A stretch of DNA of 64,000 nt from the human T2T-CHM13v2.0 reference genome, Homo sapiens. The position numbers and the translations under genes are program-made. Within the stretch, counting starts at the first letter, position 1. Each line of letters begins with the position of its first letter. The stretch lies in assembly GCF_009914755.1 (NCBI RefSeq), contig NC_060925.1. One strand, 5' to 3'. The notes under the pieces are model-generated. The model saw only the letters and a list, made by a program, of their open reading frames with translations, ran no database searches and had not been told where the DNA came from. This document shows, piece by piece, positions 15,031 through 31,989 of the stretch.

Positions 15031-15917
15031 AATGAGTATCAAGCACTTCAATTCCACGAACTCATTTTATCTCAGAAAGAGTCAATGATGACATCATTAG
15101 TAATGATTTTCTCAATATCATTCCTATAACTATCTATTATTAGACATTCATTGTACCTCAACCCAAAGATAAAAAATGTATAAATTTTATGGGTAATCTC
15201 TTGAGGTGGAATCAATATGCTAATAATAATATATACATTAAAACTTCAAAGGACATCTTTCAAATTTCATATTTAAGCAAAAGGAATTCTGTGTTGAGCC
15301 ATGAATTTCAAATTTGTTCTATTGTTAAAATGTTGAGCCAGAAATTATTTTGGTGTGATCTTTAAAATAATAACATATGCAAAGTAGATACAACAATAAT
15401 AATGATTATTATTTGGGAAATAGAAATAATGACATTCAATGAAATAATAGCTTTTCCTTATTCAATGACAGTTTTTCCTTAAACTAGTAACATAATGATA
15501 TGTGGGCTTAACCTGAAAAGATTGCATTTACAAACATGAAGTTTATAGTAGAAAAGATATATCAATACATGGCTTTTAAAAAAGCAAGCCATCTATTGTC
15601 TAAAATTGGAAGGAAAATATCACCTTTACTTCAAAGGAGAAAGAAAATCAGTATTAGAAGAGCCCAGAGAATTTTAACATAACTAAATGACAATACAGCA
15701 ACTAAGTTGTGATTAAAATAAAGGGCTTCTTGTCTAAATAATTTCTTCCTTCTGTGAACAAATATCTGTCATAGTAAAAATTTTATTAAATGACTTTGTT
15801 CTGTTCTTTTTCTCATTTTTCCCAATTTTATTTATTCCTTATATGTTTTCCAGATGACAAAAAAATAAGAAAAATGACGACAAAAGCAGATATACTTTTC
15901 CTGAGAGAGTAGTAAGT

Positions 15918-16492
<575 letters not shown>

Positions 16493-17754
16493 GCCTACGG
16501 ACAAATTGTTGTCCCAATAACTTATTCCTCATATGTTTGCATAAACGAAGGGGCAGAAACTTAATCTGGTGAGCTCTTGCTGCACTTTGATGAAGTAATG
16601 AGTGTTCTTATTGAAAAATACCTCATAAAAACATAACCCACTAAAATAGGGCCTAGTTAATTCTCCACCAGTAGTTATTGTTATAACAGATTTTTCTACT
16701 CAAGAGAACTATTCTTCATATAAAGCATCTAATATAATCTTCTTTTCACTATTCAAGTTTTACAGTATGATTCTGTAATTTAATCATTTTTCCACTCATG
16801 TCACAAACATTTAAATATCCCTTATATTCCAGAATGTGCTATGCATATACATAACATGTAAAATCAAATCCCTAAGAAATTCACAGAATTTAGTCACAAA
16901 CACAGATACAAAAATTAACAAATAGAACACTGTAAAATAAACAAAGATGATATCAGTGTACAAAATAGGTACAATGATCCAGTTTGGCAGTATAGAGGAT
17001 TTTCCTAAAAACCTAGTCTCTGATCTGAATCTTACAGTGTGAGTTGATGAGAGAGGGATGGCTTCTTCTAACACTTTACCTTCTGATCACTCACGTGCAT
17101 GCTTAAAGGAATAAGAATGGAAAGTACATGATAGTCTCTATGGACCTGTTAAGAGTTCACTTAGGCCAGTAGCTAAGCATCTATGCATTTGTCTTGCTAT
17201 GAGTCAGAATATTAGGGTGCATGAGTATGTGGTGACTTGAGAGTTAGGGAGGAAAAAAGAGAATTGGAGAAAGGCAGAGTCTTGGCATATGGAGATCTTG
17301 ATTTTTTAATATTAGCAAAATAAACTGCCAAATTTAGTATACAGTTAGCTATTTGGATAAACAGACATTTTTGAACATGTTAAATGAACAAGAATTTTTG
17401 TTTCCCCACATTAAAAAATTAGAACAATTTTCCCAAAAGTATTAAAAACATTAATATTTAAAATAGCTTAAAAATAAATAAATTTGATTCAAAATTTTTA
17501 GAACCTTTAATACTCTTCTTGAACTATGAATCTCCTAGAAAGGTATATAATCTCTTCAGTGATTCTCAAATTAAATGCAGACCTTGTTTTCATAATGACC
17601 TTACTTGGAAGGCACAGTTTTGTACCACACAGAAATTTTAGGAGGATTTATAATTTATTTTATTATTACAATGTACTTTCTATCTATACATTTATATTAG
17701 AATTTTTCAAAGGACTTTGTAAAAGAAAATGTCTGAATTTGAAATTTGAATTAA

Positions 17755-17878
17755 TACTATATATAATAATACTTTATATGTGTGTGCATATATATATATA
17801 CACACACATAGTACATGCATATACAAGGTACACACACATATATATATACTATATTATATATATGATGTGTGTGTGCAT
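17755..17878. repeat. Mixed (TA)/(CA)/(TG) low-complexity microsatellite
   Basis: alternating purine-pyrimidine runs read directly. Confidence 0.85.
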
Positions 17879-18828
17879 AATAAGTTAAAACTTCATCTGT
17901 CATTATAACCAGTTAATAACAACAGTTACCATTTTAATTTTTTATTGTGAACTTCCCTTTGGCAATATGAGCCGAATTCAAATTTCCATTTAATATGTGC
18001 ATTTTCAGGTTATAATGCTTAAATTATTTTGGTCAGCTCTAGATTTTTTTTTCAGTAAAAGGACATGGAACTAGCTAAAATGATAACTTTAGTATTAGAA
18101 GTCCATGGCTTATTGAAACAAGCTGTACAAATCTTCCAGTCCCTTAAGGAAATATACATTCATTCTCAAGTATTACAAATGCATGACAGAAAGTACATGT
18201 ACTATGAATGATAATGTAATTCTCCTACTTGTTTAATAACCATTAGAATTTTCTTTCTCAGTATCACTGCCACTTACAACATTATGATCAATATTCTGTT
18301 AGGAAGTTTTATTATCATTCATGCGTAAGATTCAATCACAGAAAAAAAGTGGTAATACTTTTGAACACATTTCTTGTCATTGCTACTTCCGCCATAAGAT
18401 ATTATAAAAAAAATTGTGGCTTTTTTATTGTTTCCACAGTGGGAAAGTAAGGATCTGAGAAATGTTAATTTCCACAAAATATATACAAACCTAATTTAAG
18501 ATTAACATTTCTAGATGGACTAAAGGGAAACAGATTGTAAGGCAAATCTGTATTCAACCAAAGCACAAGCCTGTAGAACAGATATTACCTTACTGCATAG
18601 AAATATGCTCTTGCTATTTTCACAAAAGTGGTATTAAATTGATTGCTGCATCAGATATTGAACTCAAAGGTTTGTGGTGACAGTATTCTCAAATCAGTTT
18701 CAATTCATAGAATTCACTCTGCATTATACCCCTCTATGATTAGATGTTTGTGTTCACCTGTGGTATAGACAAAGTGACCTCACATATGTACAGTGTATAA
18801 ACAGAGTGATCTCACTTATGTACAGTAC

Positions 18829-20489
<1,661 letters not shown>

Positions 20490-21049
20490 AAAGTGCTGGG
20501 ATCGTGGGTGTGACCAAATACCTCTTTCTCAGTTGACTCATAGTTTAATAACTTTATTATTTCTTAAACTGGTCTTAAATATCTACTGTTTGACAAATCC
20601 ATTTTATTAAAATATACATGAAGTTGTCATGAGTTTAAATGCTTCTATTTTTGGTAATTGTTCTCATAGGAAATTCTTTACCATATATGTCACATGAATT
20701 TGTACCAAGGGATAACCAATTTATATTAGTATTACAAATATAAATTTCCTTAAAATCACAATATACTATACTCTGAAAGTGCAGTTAATTAATATTCTAT
20801 ATCCTTTTTGTATGTGTATCACCCAGTTAGTTCAGTATTGGTCACTGCTGAACTCAAACAACAAAGCAAAATCAACAATAAACAAAACTAACTTTACCAT
20901 GAATTTATTGCTAACGAGCTATCATTTCATGTATACAACTAGGATATTGGAAGAAAATATTTTACTCCTTATTTTATATTTTATTTAATAATAGGTTTAT
21001 TTAGTTTATAAATGATACTACAATTGGAAACCCTTATTCAATGCTTAAT

Positions 21050-21285
21050 AATAACATCCACTGTTTGAGATTCTGATAGATTCAGGCATTAGGCTTTGTG
21101 CTTTAAATATACATTTTCTTAATTTAGTCCTCACTTCAGTATTGTAAATTAGTTATTATGCCCGCTTTTTAAATGAGAAAACTGAGACTCAAATAAATTA
21201 ACTTATCCCAAGTCACATTTTTAAGTAGCAAGGATTTGAAACAAGTTCTGTCTGATTCTGATGCAACAGCATTCTGGTCTCTACT
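21050..21285 (-). mobile_element. MIR
   Basis: tttagtcctcac...ttttaaatgagaaaactgagactc...aacttatcccaagtcac...ggatttgaaacaagttctgtctgattc. Confidence 0.75.
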
Positions 21286-21360
21286 TTTCAGTGAAATTAA
21301 GATAAAAGGAGTGTCAGTTTATAGGTTGCAAATAATGTTAGTAAGTAATTTGGGCTTCAA

Positions 21361-21660
21361 TTTTTGGGTTTACTTTTTGTTTTCTTGAGAGAGGGTCTCC
21401 CTCTGTTGTTCAGATTGGAGTACAGTAGAACAATCATGACTCACTGCAGCCTGGACCTCCCAGGCTCATGCAATCCTCCCACCTCAGCCTCCCAAGTAGC
21501 TGGGACTACAGGCATGTGCCACCACACCTGGGTAATTTTTAAAAGTTTTTGTGAAGATGAGGGTCTCACTATGTTGTCTCAAAGTCCTGGGCTTAAGCAA
21601 TACTCCTGCCTAAGTCTCTGAAAGTGCTGGGATTACAGGTGTCAGCCACTGCACTTGACC
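21361..21660 (-). mobile_element. AluJ (Jo/Jr-like)
   Basis: antisense dimeric Alu; gives Alu-type ORF 21364..21621. Confidence 0.9.
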
Positions 21661-22399
21661 TGTGTTTCCATTTTTTTTTTCTTTTTCTTTTTCTTTTTTC
21701 AAGCTAAGCCACCTATTTGTTTATGTTGAGGTAGAGTTATTGACTAAATTAACTAGTGCTGTAGGCTGTAAATTAATGGTGCAAGCATTAATTGCTAGTG
21801 TTAAATCAGAACAAATCATAGTTTTGGTAATAAGATTGTTGACATAAGAGTAATTTTTCACACCATTAAAATATATTTTACTCTGGTGAAGAAAATAGAT
21901 TATTATGTAAAACAGAAAGAAGCAATTAAGCATGCCAGTTTATCCAAACCTAATATAGAAAACAATTTAACATATTGTGTTAAATGGTTTTCAGTTTCAA
22001 TTTATTGTTGCCATATTTTAAAAGAGAAAACCCTGCATATTATGCTCGATCGGGCTGACCTAAGGTTGATTTTTCTATTATATGAAAATGAATGTGAATA
22101 GCTTTGTAAGCAATGCATAGTCACCACCGTTCTCATGTTATTATTAATTCATGAATACAAAGCCTTCTAATTTTGTTTACAAAGTGACTAGAATGGATTA
22201 AAATAGCTCATCATCTTTCTATAAATTGTAATTTAAAAAGAGAGGATAGAACAGTGCTAAAATTTTTATGAGGTTATTTTAAAATAATTTATCAAAAATC
22301 AAAGGGAACTCAACTAATGTACTATCTCATAATGTTAAAGAACATATGCTAGAATGACTCAATATTATATTATTTTAGGCTTTCAACCTAAATGCACTA

Positions 22400-23950
22400 C
22401 ATAATACAGTATCATTAACTTAGAAGCTTCCTACATACCACTCGTAACAATTGCAACCCACTTTTTTTCCACAGAAGTAACTACCATCCTAAATTTTTGT
22501 TAATCATTGGCTTATGTTTCTTTATCATGTTTACCACTTATGTTAAAATGCTAAACATATCTGTAACAATTCTGCATATTATATAAATGAAATAATGTAA
22601 TATATATTTTCCAGTTCAACGTTATATACACATACACACACAAGACATACATATACACATACACATATTTATTCTGCTTAATGTTTAATATTAGATTTTG
22701 AGATTCATCTATGTTATGCATGCATCTGTAGTGCATTTATTTTATTAGCATACAAAATTTTAGTTTATTAATATACTTCAATTAACTTATATTGTCTACA
22801 GTTATTATTAACAAGGATAACAAAACATTATTCCTTGAGTCTTTTGGTGGATATGTGCAAAATGTCATCTAGGATATGTGCTTAGAAATGGAATTACCAG
22901 ATGACAGAAAAAGTTCATGTTAGATTCTATTAGGTAACATAGAACTATTTCCCTAAAGTGGCAGTGCCCAGTAACTCAAAACAGCCATGCATAATAATCT
23001 TCACTGTTTTTTGAAAACATTCTTCCCAATACTTGGTTTGTCAGAGTACATTTTTGTTAATTGGTGTATGTGATATAGTATCTCAGTGTAATTTCTGGTA
23101 CACACTTTCCTGATTTCTACAAATATTTTTTCTTGTTTCATGGGGTATTTGTGACAAATACTTTTTCATGCCTTTGGCATATTTTTTTCTATTGTTTTTT
23201 CTTGCTATTATAATTTGTAAGAAATACTTAGATATTCTAACAAATTATTCTATGCATGTTTCCTGTATGTTACAAATATTTTCTCCTAATCGGATCTTTT
23301 TGTTCCAATGTCTTCTAAGTATTTTTGGATAAATAGGAAATTTCAATGGTCATATATTTGATACATCAATCTATTCCTTTCTGATTACACCTGTGTGATC
23401 AGAATTTATGACTGGAGGTCAAAAAATTACTCTCAAATAATTTTTGGTAAAATATTTCAAAGTTTACCTTTGACATTTATGATTATAAATCAATTAGAAC
23501 TGAATTCTGTTAAATGAGCTAGATGAGGTATATTTAATCTTTTTCCATATAGAAAATCATTTCTCCCAGCAGAATTTTTTCAATAGTCTATCCACTTTCC
23601 ATTGATGTGTAATGTCCAATTTGTTACAAATAAGGTTTACATATACCCTTAGGTATTTTCTGGTCTTTTTCTTCAATGAGACCATTGCCTATATATCTAT
23701 ATAAAAAAATCAAGTATAACTTTGCAAGTAAATTATCTTAATTTCTTATTTTTTACCCACCTCATAAATCCACTTAACCATAATTTTATTTTTTTAAGGG
23801 TTTTTAAATACATTTTAATCAGGGGAGTTAACAATGTTGTCTAGTTAGAAATACTGGCAGGAATGAGAGTAACATAATTTTTCTATTTTCTAATTGTATT
23901 TGACATTTATATCTAAAGAAAAATTTACCAATTGCTTACAATTTCACAAT
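22400..23950 (-). mobile_element. Old L1 (L1ME-like) remnant; boundaries approximate
   Basis: T-rich degenerate L1 antisense motifs, e.g. agaagtaactaccatcctaaat, ttttgagattcatctatgtt, ctaggatatgtgcttagaaatggaattacc. Confidence 0.65.
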
Positions 23951-23995
23951 ATCATGTAATCTTTAATTTTGGATGAAAAAATAATTATTGATTAT

Positions 23996-24424
23996 TGCTA
24001 TAATATGGATATTTCTCCCCTCCAAACCTCATGTTGAAATTTTATTCCAAATCTTGGCGGTAGAGCCCAATAGGAGGTGTCTGAGTCATGGGGATGGATT
24101 TCTTATGAATAGATTAATACCTTTCCAGGATGGGTGTGAGTGGCTTCTCACTCTGTTAGTTCCTGAGAGAGCTGGTTGTTAAAAAGTGCCTGGCACCTCT
24201 GCTGCCCCTTCTTGCTTCCTCTGTCACCTTGTTATCACTGCACACACCCCCTCTGCTTCTCCTTCCAGCATGAGTGGGAGCAGCCTGAGGCCCTCACCAG
24301 AAGCAGATGTTGGCATCATGCTTCCTGTAGAGCCTGAAGAACTGTGAGCTAGATAAACCTCTTTTCTTTATAAATTACCCAGCCTCAGGTATTCTTTTAT
24401 AGCAACACTAAATGTACTAAAAAA
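23996..24424 (+). mobile_element. MaLR solo LTR, MSTB-like
   Basis: tgctataatatggatatt...cctcatgttgaaat...gaggccctcaccagaagcagatg...ataaattacccagcctcaggtattc. Confidence 0.88.
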
Positions 24425-27121
24425 GGATGCTTCATGTTCTTAAAGCAACAAATAACTAAATTTTTTTGTACATTATATTTTCATTAATATACTACTATAT
24501 TTTATTATAACTGATTATTTCTAATATATGAAAATGCATCCTTCATTATAAGAGACAAGAATTAAGAATCAGCAATTAACTCATGTTTTAAAATTATATC
24601 TCATTTAACTAGAAATTGCAGAGGTCCAACTCAGATGTAAATGAATAAGAATGTAAATACATGGACTTTCTCTTACTCAAAACTACTTCGGTGTTGTAGA
24701 GCAAATATATAATCTAAATCTGAATATGTATTGAATTTTCTATGATATTTTCTCAATTCCAGAATTGAGGGGAGGTCTTCCTAGGAGTCTGAGTTATTCA
24801 CTAAAATTATAATTGTCGATCATTATCCATTCCAAAGTAATAAACACAAATATATTTTAAAAATATGTTATAATAAAGAATAAAAATTTGCTGCATTATA
24901 TTATCATGATTTTAAAATTAGTAAATATGACTGAAAATATTTTGAAAGTTTATAATATCAATAGCGTCAACATTATTATGTCAAAATAGCTTCACACAAC
25001 AGTTTAATAGTTTTAACATATAATATTTTTATGTGATAGTTATAGGTTTATATATAAGTTTTGGGTCATATTATTATACTAAAAGGCTCATGAGATTTAC
25101 TGGTTCACACATATATGTCTCTTTTTTATGTTTGCATTAATACTCTTTAATAGGTTATTTTATTCTATTACTTAAAAAATTTTTCAAAAATATTCAGTTG
25201 TTTTCAAAATGAATAATTCATGTGACCCACCACTGAATGGCTAAAGAAACAAATACATTCTATAACTCTGTTACCATGTTAAGATACTTCATCTCAAATA
25301 TCAAATGATAATTACTTAAATTTATTAAAAAATATAAATATGTACTTTTTTGACATATTTTAAAATGAAACTAGACTAGATAGCACTTGCTGAGAGTTTG
25401 ACTTGAGTAATGAAATGAGCTGAGAAGCTGCCAATATGTAATAGAATATTTAAAATCAATTTTGATATAGTCTCTCCTTTTCTAGCTGCTACCACATTTT
25501 GAAGCAAGGTTTAATTTCCTTGCTTATATTAAAAGCATCATACTTTATACTTGTATGATGATTATCCCTGTGCTCAGAAGTGTTTAATAACTATGCCATA
25601 ACTCAGTGCTAACACAGCAACAGTTATGAGGTGATTTTTTTTTTTATTGTGTTACATGATTTATCTTATGTTCAACCCAACACTAGGGTGGGTGTTAGGT
25701 CCTCTGAGAAACAGAAAATACACAATTTGCCCAACGTAATACAGGTAATAACTGGTGTAGCTGGGTTGAAAGCCAGCTATTGTGACTGCATTGTTCTACT
25801 AACCACATTATATAGCATCCCACCATCTGAGGCCAGAAAAAAGATAAAAAAAATGATTTCCTGTTGTTCCAAGAAGTATTTCAACTCATTCTCAAGGATG
25901 TTTTTTATAGTTATTCTTCCAAAAGGTCTGAAATAGTATAATAGACAGCTATGCATCACAGTTTTATGAGCAGCTGGACTTACAGCAGAAAGAGGCAATG
26001 GATATCAAAAATCATGTACACTTTCCAATTACTTTCTAAGAATAATAGTCCCATGGTTGTTTGGGGATAAATCTATTGACACTGAGACCATGCTTTGGGG
26101 TTGTAGACACAATAATAATAATAAAAGAAAATGTAAGAAAATGTACTTGGCCAATGAAGAGCAAATTGTTTTCAGAGACAAGTTTTATTATAAATTAAAT
26201 ATATTTTTGGAAAGAGAAATGTTTGTAAATATTGATTCAAATTTGTATTGCTGAGAGACAAGTAAAACCCATTCACATTCTATGTTTAATGTGAGGATAT
26301 TCAGTGTGAAAAATACCCCTGAAATAAAGATACCATTAGAAAACAGTAGTGGCCCCAATTGCCCTGTGACTTTGGATTACTGAAGAGGGAATCAGCCTCA
26401 TAAATATATTTTGATGTTTATCACATATTTTACTCATGTGCCGGTTTGAAAATAGACTGCAGGTGGTACAGAAGAACACGCTAAAGTGAGATAGCTGCTG
26501 TAAGAGGCAGGTCTGCAGAGATTGCTTTATTATGAAAAGAATGCATCAGTGAGAAAAGGACAGGAAAGTAAATCTCCTAGGGTCTACTGTGGCCAATATT
26601 GTCAGCAATACCTATTTATTTATATTTTGCTATAGCACATCATTAAAATACTGTTTCCGAGCCAGAGAAGTTTGACAGTGTAAAGCAATTTAACATTATA
26701 TACTGATTCCTGAGCTCATTTCACCTCATTTCATTGATGCATTCATGTTTTTACAATGTTTTAAGCTAGCACTGGACTTTTGACAGCTCATCCCCATGTA
26801 TTACAATAGGAGTTAATGTTCAGGATACCACCAAAGTCTTTTATAATAATCTACTACATTTGTACAAAGGGGAGTTCTAAGCACAGAGGAGTGGAAAGCT
26901 CTTTAAGTAGAAGTTGTTTTTCTCATTTTTATTGTGACAGTGAAATAGTTAGAATATGTTCTATTTTAGTTATTATTTGGCACATTTAAAAATTGTTTTT
27001 AGGATTTATGATATTTCTCATTATTCTTATAACATGCTGCCTGCAGCTTACACACATTATATAAATTTATCCATGGTGACTAATGAGCATATGTTTCAAA
27101 TAAAGAATTAAAGAAACTTAC

Positions 27122-27175
27122 TCGTTTTCCAGGAGGACCTGGTGGGCCAGCCTCACCAGATGGGCCAGGAGGACC
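27122..27175 (-). CDS. COL11A1: COL11A1 exon 54 (54 bp) GPPGPSGEAGPPGPPGKR
   Basis: cattttatag|GGT...CGA|gtaagt. Confidence 0.97.
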
Positions 27176-27604
27176 CTATAAAATGTGAAAAAATACCTTT
27201 AACAAAATTGGATATTATTTTGTGGCCCACATAAATTTTCAAAATCTGGATGGAAACCAACCCTCTTTCTTCATTTCCACATGTCAATATTTCCTGGAAA
27301 ATCTCAGCCCTATTTCAGATACCTAAACTTCCTCTAGATATTTATAGTTAGAGCTGGTAAATTTAGATGGTAAACTTATTTATAGTTAGAACAAAGTGAA
27401 TCAAATTCTCTTTATTTAAAACTGTGTCCTATTAAAAAGTGCTAATTTATATCTGGCAAGCATTAAACAGGCATGCTAATTAATATAATCATATGGTTAA
27501 TAATTCTGCTCATATCACATAAATATGTGAAAACATAATACTATTACTTTTAAATTTATTTTTGTACAACACTAACATTCTATGCCAAGTTGTATATAAC
27601 ATAC

Positions 27605-27974
27605 TGATATGGTTTGGCTGTGTCCCTACCCAAATCTCATCTTGAATTGTAGTTCCTATAATCCCCATGTATCCTGAGAGGGACCCAGTGGGAGGTAATT
27701 GAGTGATGGGGGTGGTTACTCACATTCTGTTCTTGTGATAGTGAGTGAGTTCTCACGAGATCTGATGGTTTAATAAGTGGCTTTTCACCCTTCACTTTGC
27801 ACTCCTCTCTCCTACTGCCATGTGAAGAAAGACATGCTTGCTTCGCCTTCCACCATATTGTAAGTTTCCTGAGGCCTTCCCAGCCATGCAGAATTGTGAG
27901 TCAATTAAACCTCTTTCCATTATAAATTACCCATTCTTGTGTACCTCACAGCAGTATGAGAATGGACTAATACA
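27605..27974 (+). mobile_element. THE1 (C/D-like) solo LTR
   Basis: tgatatggtttggctgtgtccc...gaatggactaataca; near-TSD catac/catgc. Confidence 0.92.
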
Positions 27975-28599
27975 CATGCTGAGATATGATCCACAGGTCT
28001 GTCTATGCAGAATAAGCCTGTATCTGTGATAGCAAAGCATCTAGTGGGAATGGCCCCAGAGACAAAATTGTGTTGAGGGACCATTGTCTTTGGCTCCTAA
28101 AGTGAGTTCCCTCCCTTACTTTCTCCCTAAATAACTAAATGTGGTCAAAGTACACTCCTGTATCATTCACAAGTTTTTTTTAAAAAGGCCTATACTATGT
28201 TGAGAGTTCATTTAGGTTCACAATTAATATAATTCATGCTAATGATGGGATAATAACTTTTGCTAATGATAGGAAATAACTTTGCTTTTAGTATTATTAG
28301 TGATTTTAATTTTTTAACACAATGGATAGATAACTGAATTTGATATATTGTGACAACCTTATTAGTATAATATGATTACACTTTTCATTATAAATACTGT
28401 TTATTAATTTACATCAAATAAGAAACACTCCATGTAAGATTGATTTTTAATGGGAATTCAAAAATTTTTTTGATAATTCTTTCAAAAAAGTGCATATACA
28501 TAGAGCTATGTTTTTCAAAGGCTGATTACTTCTAATTATCTCATTAAAATGCCTTGAGACTATGTAAAAACTTAAAAATAAATTAGTGCATTTACTCAC

Positions 28600-28653
28600 C
28601 GGTTGACCAGGATCTCCATCTTCACCCTTGTCACCACCAACACCATCTTGACC
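28600..28653 (-). CDS. COL11A1: COL11A1 exon 53 (54 bp) GQDGVGGDKGEDGDPGQP
   Basis: cctcttatag|GGT...CCG|gtgagt. Confidence 0.97.
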
Positions 28654-29314
28654 CTATAAGAGGCAATAAAATATGAAGCAAGATATATCTCAGTATCAAT
28701 AAATCACACTACTTATCAGGAAAAAAGTATGTTAGGCCATCTCTTGAGAAAAATTATCAGATGGACAAGTAAAATCATTATATTCTTTTAACCTTTTTTA
28801 AAAAGATTGTGGTACCTCTCACTCTCCGCAAAAAAATTTGTAAAACTGCTACTATTAATATATCAAATTTAAAATCCAGCATGCTCTTTATATAAGGAAG
28901 AAAGAAGATGTCATTAGTATACAATGTCAGTGAATCATTTCACCATGAACAAATGTGGTATAGTTTGAAATAGGATTTGCATTATAGAAGAGAAACAGAA
29001 AAGCAAAGATCCTGTAACTTTGAAATAATAATAATGATGCTACTCAGATAACTTGTTTTTACAACCCATCAAAGTCTAGGAATCTAATCCAATTGTTGTA
29101 CCTATGTTGCATGAAGAGCTTAATCACTTAGTGTTGGTGCAATAGTCTCCAACTATATGGATTTTCCTGCATTTGCAATTACTTTTTATGTTTTCTTTTT
29201 CTTTCTGTTTTTGGGAGTTCACTTAGGTTATTAGATTTTTTTTTCTTTATTAACAATACAGAAATTGGAAACATTCACTCCAAAATAATTTCTTGATTTT
29301 TCCCTGATACTTAC

Positions 29315-29368
29315 TGCAGGGCCAAGTTCCCCAGGAGGACCAGGATCTCCAGGAAAACCAACAGGACC
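29315..29368 (-). CDS. COL11A1: COL11A1 exon 52 (54 bp) GPVGFPGDPGPPGELGPA
   Basis: gtcattctag|GGT...GCA|gtaagt. Confidence 0.97.
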
Positions 29369-29645
29369 CTAGAATGACGTTTTGAAAGAAAAAGAAATAA
29401 ATGAAAAATAAATTTTTATAAAATTATGACATTCTGGAGGTGAAGAGGTTAAAGTCATGACAAAACCTGCTGAGAATATTTCTCTTCTCCCGCCAAAAAA
29501 TTTCTAAAGAATTAATTCAATTGAGAATGCTTACGAATATATGAAATGATGAAAAGTCAGATTTACCATCTATGTTCCAGAGTCTCAGGATTTCAAATCT
29601 TTCTAAGAAAAGCTCCAAGGTGAGTTTGGCATAAATGCCACATTA

Positions 29646-29774
<129 letters not shown>

Positions 29775-29841
29775 CTAAACAATGTTAAAAAAAAAAAAAA
29801 GAAGAAGAAGGAAAGAAGAGTTATCTTACAAGTTTTGCATA

Positions 29842-30245
<404 letters not shown>

Positions 30246-30590
30246 TAGAATAATATAGTCACAATACAATTGACACGTTTATTTAAGGCAGCAGGACTTC
30301 TTTGTTCCTTTTATGGACAGTTCATCAAAGGGAATGTATACAGTAAACAGCCCATAGTTTTAATGTTCTAACTTCAGCAAATATGATATTTTTTCAATTT
30401 GTTTATCAATCCACATATGTAAAGATATCCAAAGTTATTAAACAAGGCTTTGTATTTGTGATTTTCCTTAATGAGTTGGGAAGGGAAAGTAAAATTCGAA
30501 CCACAGCTAAGAGTTGTTACATGTTTGTAATGCTGTAAAAGAAATTCCCAAACCAATAATACACTATGTTAACAATAACACAGTACTTAC

Positions 30591-30644
30591 GCCTACACCT
30601 GCTTCCCCAGGAGGCCCTGGGTTCCCTGCTTCTCCAGGTTCACC
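30591..30644 (-). CDS. COL11A1: COL11A1 exon 50 (54 bp) GEPGEAGNPGPPGEAGVG
   Basis: ctctatatag|GGT...GGC|gtaagt. Confidence 0.97.
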
Positions 30645-31989
30645 CTATATAGAGAAGATCAAATTAGTATTAGAATACAGAGATGATCTTTTACATTTAT
30701 AAAATTCAAATGTTATCATATCATTTTAGATTAGCCCTTATTTTTTTATATTATTTAAAAGGCATTGAAAAACTTTAATAACAAAAATAAATTTTTCTAT
30801 CAGTGACTCCAGTGCTTTTATTTCTCAGGTGAGTAGACAGAAATATGCAGGCTTGATGCTGTAGTTGTCACTGGTTGGTTAATAGTTGGCATATTAATCC
30901 AGATTACCACAAAACCATCATAACAGACATATGCATGTTTCCTAAAATATTGTGTATTTGCACTGTGTCAATATTCATATTACAATAAAGTTTATTGAGT
31001 GAACACTTTCAAATTGTTGTTTGCTAAAATGTAAATTTATTTATCTTAACTACAACAAATCAACAGATGACTTGCTGGTACATATGTTGATATTTTATAG
31101 GATTTGTTTAGTAGGAATCTAAAGAACTTAGAGGAAAGACAATAATTATAATATATGTAAAGGTACTTAGACGTTAATTAAAATTGCTCCATTTGAGTAT
31201 ACACATAAATGTGATAGCCTTTATTATCTCCCTGTTTACATATGAATGGCTTTTTTTCTAGCCCAGTGGACTAATAAATAAATCTCTGTAACTAGTAGGG
31301 TTTAGCTATGAAAGTCTGTTGCTAATGCCCCACAATTCAAAATGCACAAAAATATAACATCTTGTTCAAGTAATCATTTAAGTAAAACAGTACATTCATT
31401 TACCATGTTTCCACTCAAAATCAGTCACACTAGTGGTCTCAGCAATTGTGAGGTGGAAATTGTTCTTTTAAATTGAAAAAGAAGTGAGGCCTAAATTTCC
31501 CTTACTTTTTAACTCTAATATTTCCAATATTCCTGACACAAATCCACTGCTCTTAAATAAATGTGTCATATTACATACAAACATAATTTCAGGGCAGAGA
31601 CTATTTTGTGTACATAGTTTCTTACTGTGAGAATACACAAATATTTTAAATTCTTAAATTACCCACTTAATGGTGGAGACATCAAGTACTTTTCCAGAGT
31701 TTATTATAAGTAGTGTGATGTGTAAATTATTTCATCTCTCAAGATGAACAGCAAATACTTCCAGAATTTTTGGATAACTCTTACAAAAAAAAATTGCATT
31801 TATATTATTTATAAAGAGAGGTATCATTCATCTCAGTAGAATGTAATGATGTTAGTGATGTTTCCAAGGGCTGATATTCATATCTTAAAAATGAAACAAG
31901 TAGTTTGGCATTGAAATCAATTGTAAAATGTCCATGTTAAAATATTTATTTAGAAATATGATAAGTCTATTGAGCATGTACATTGAACA

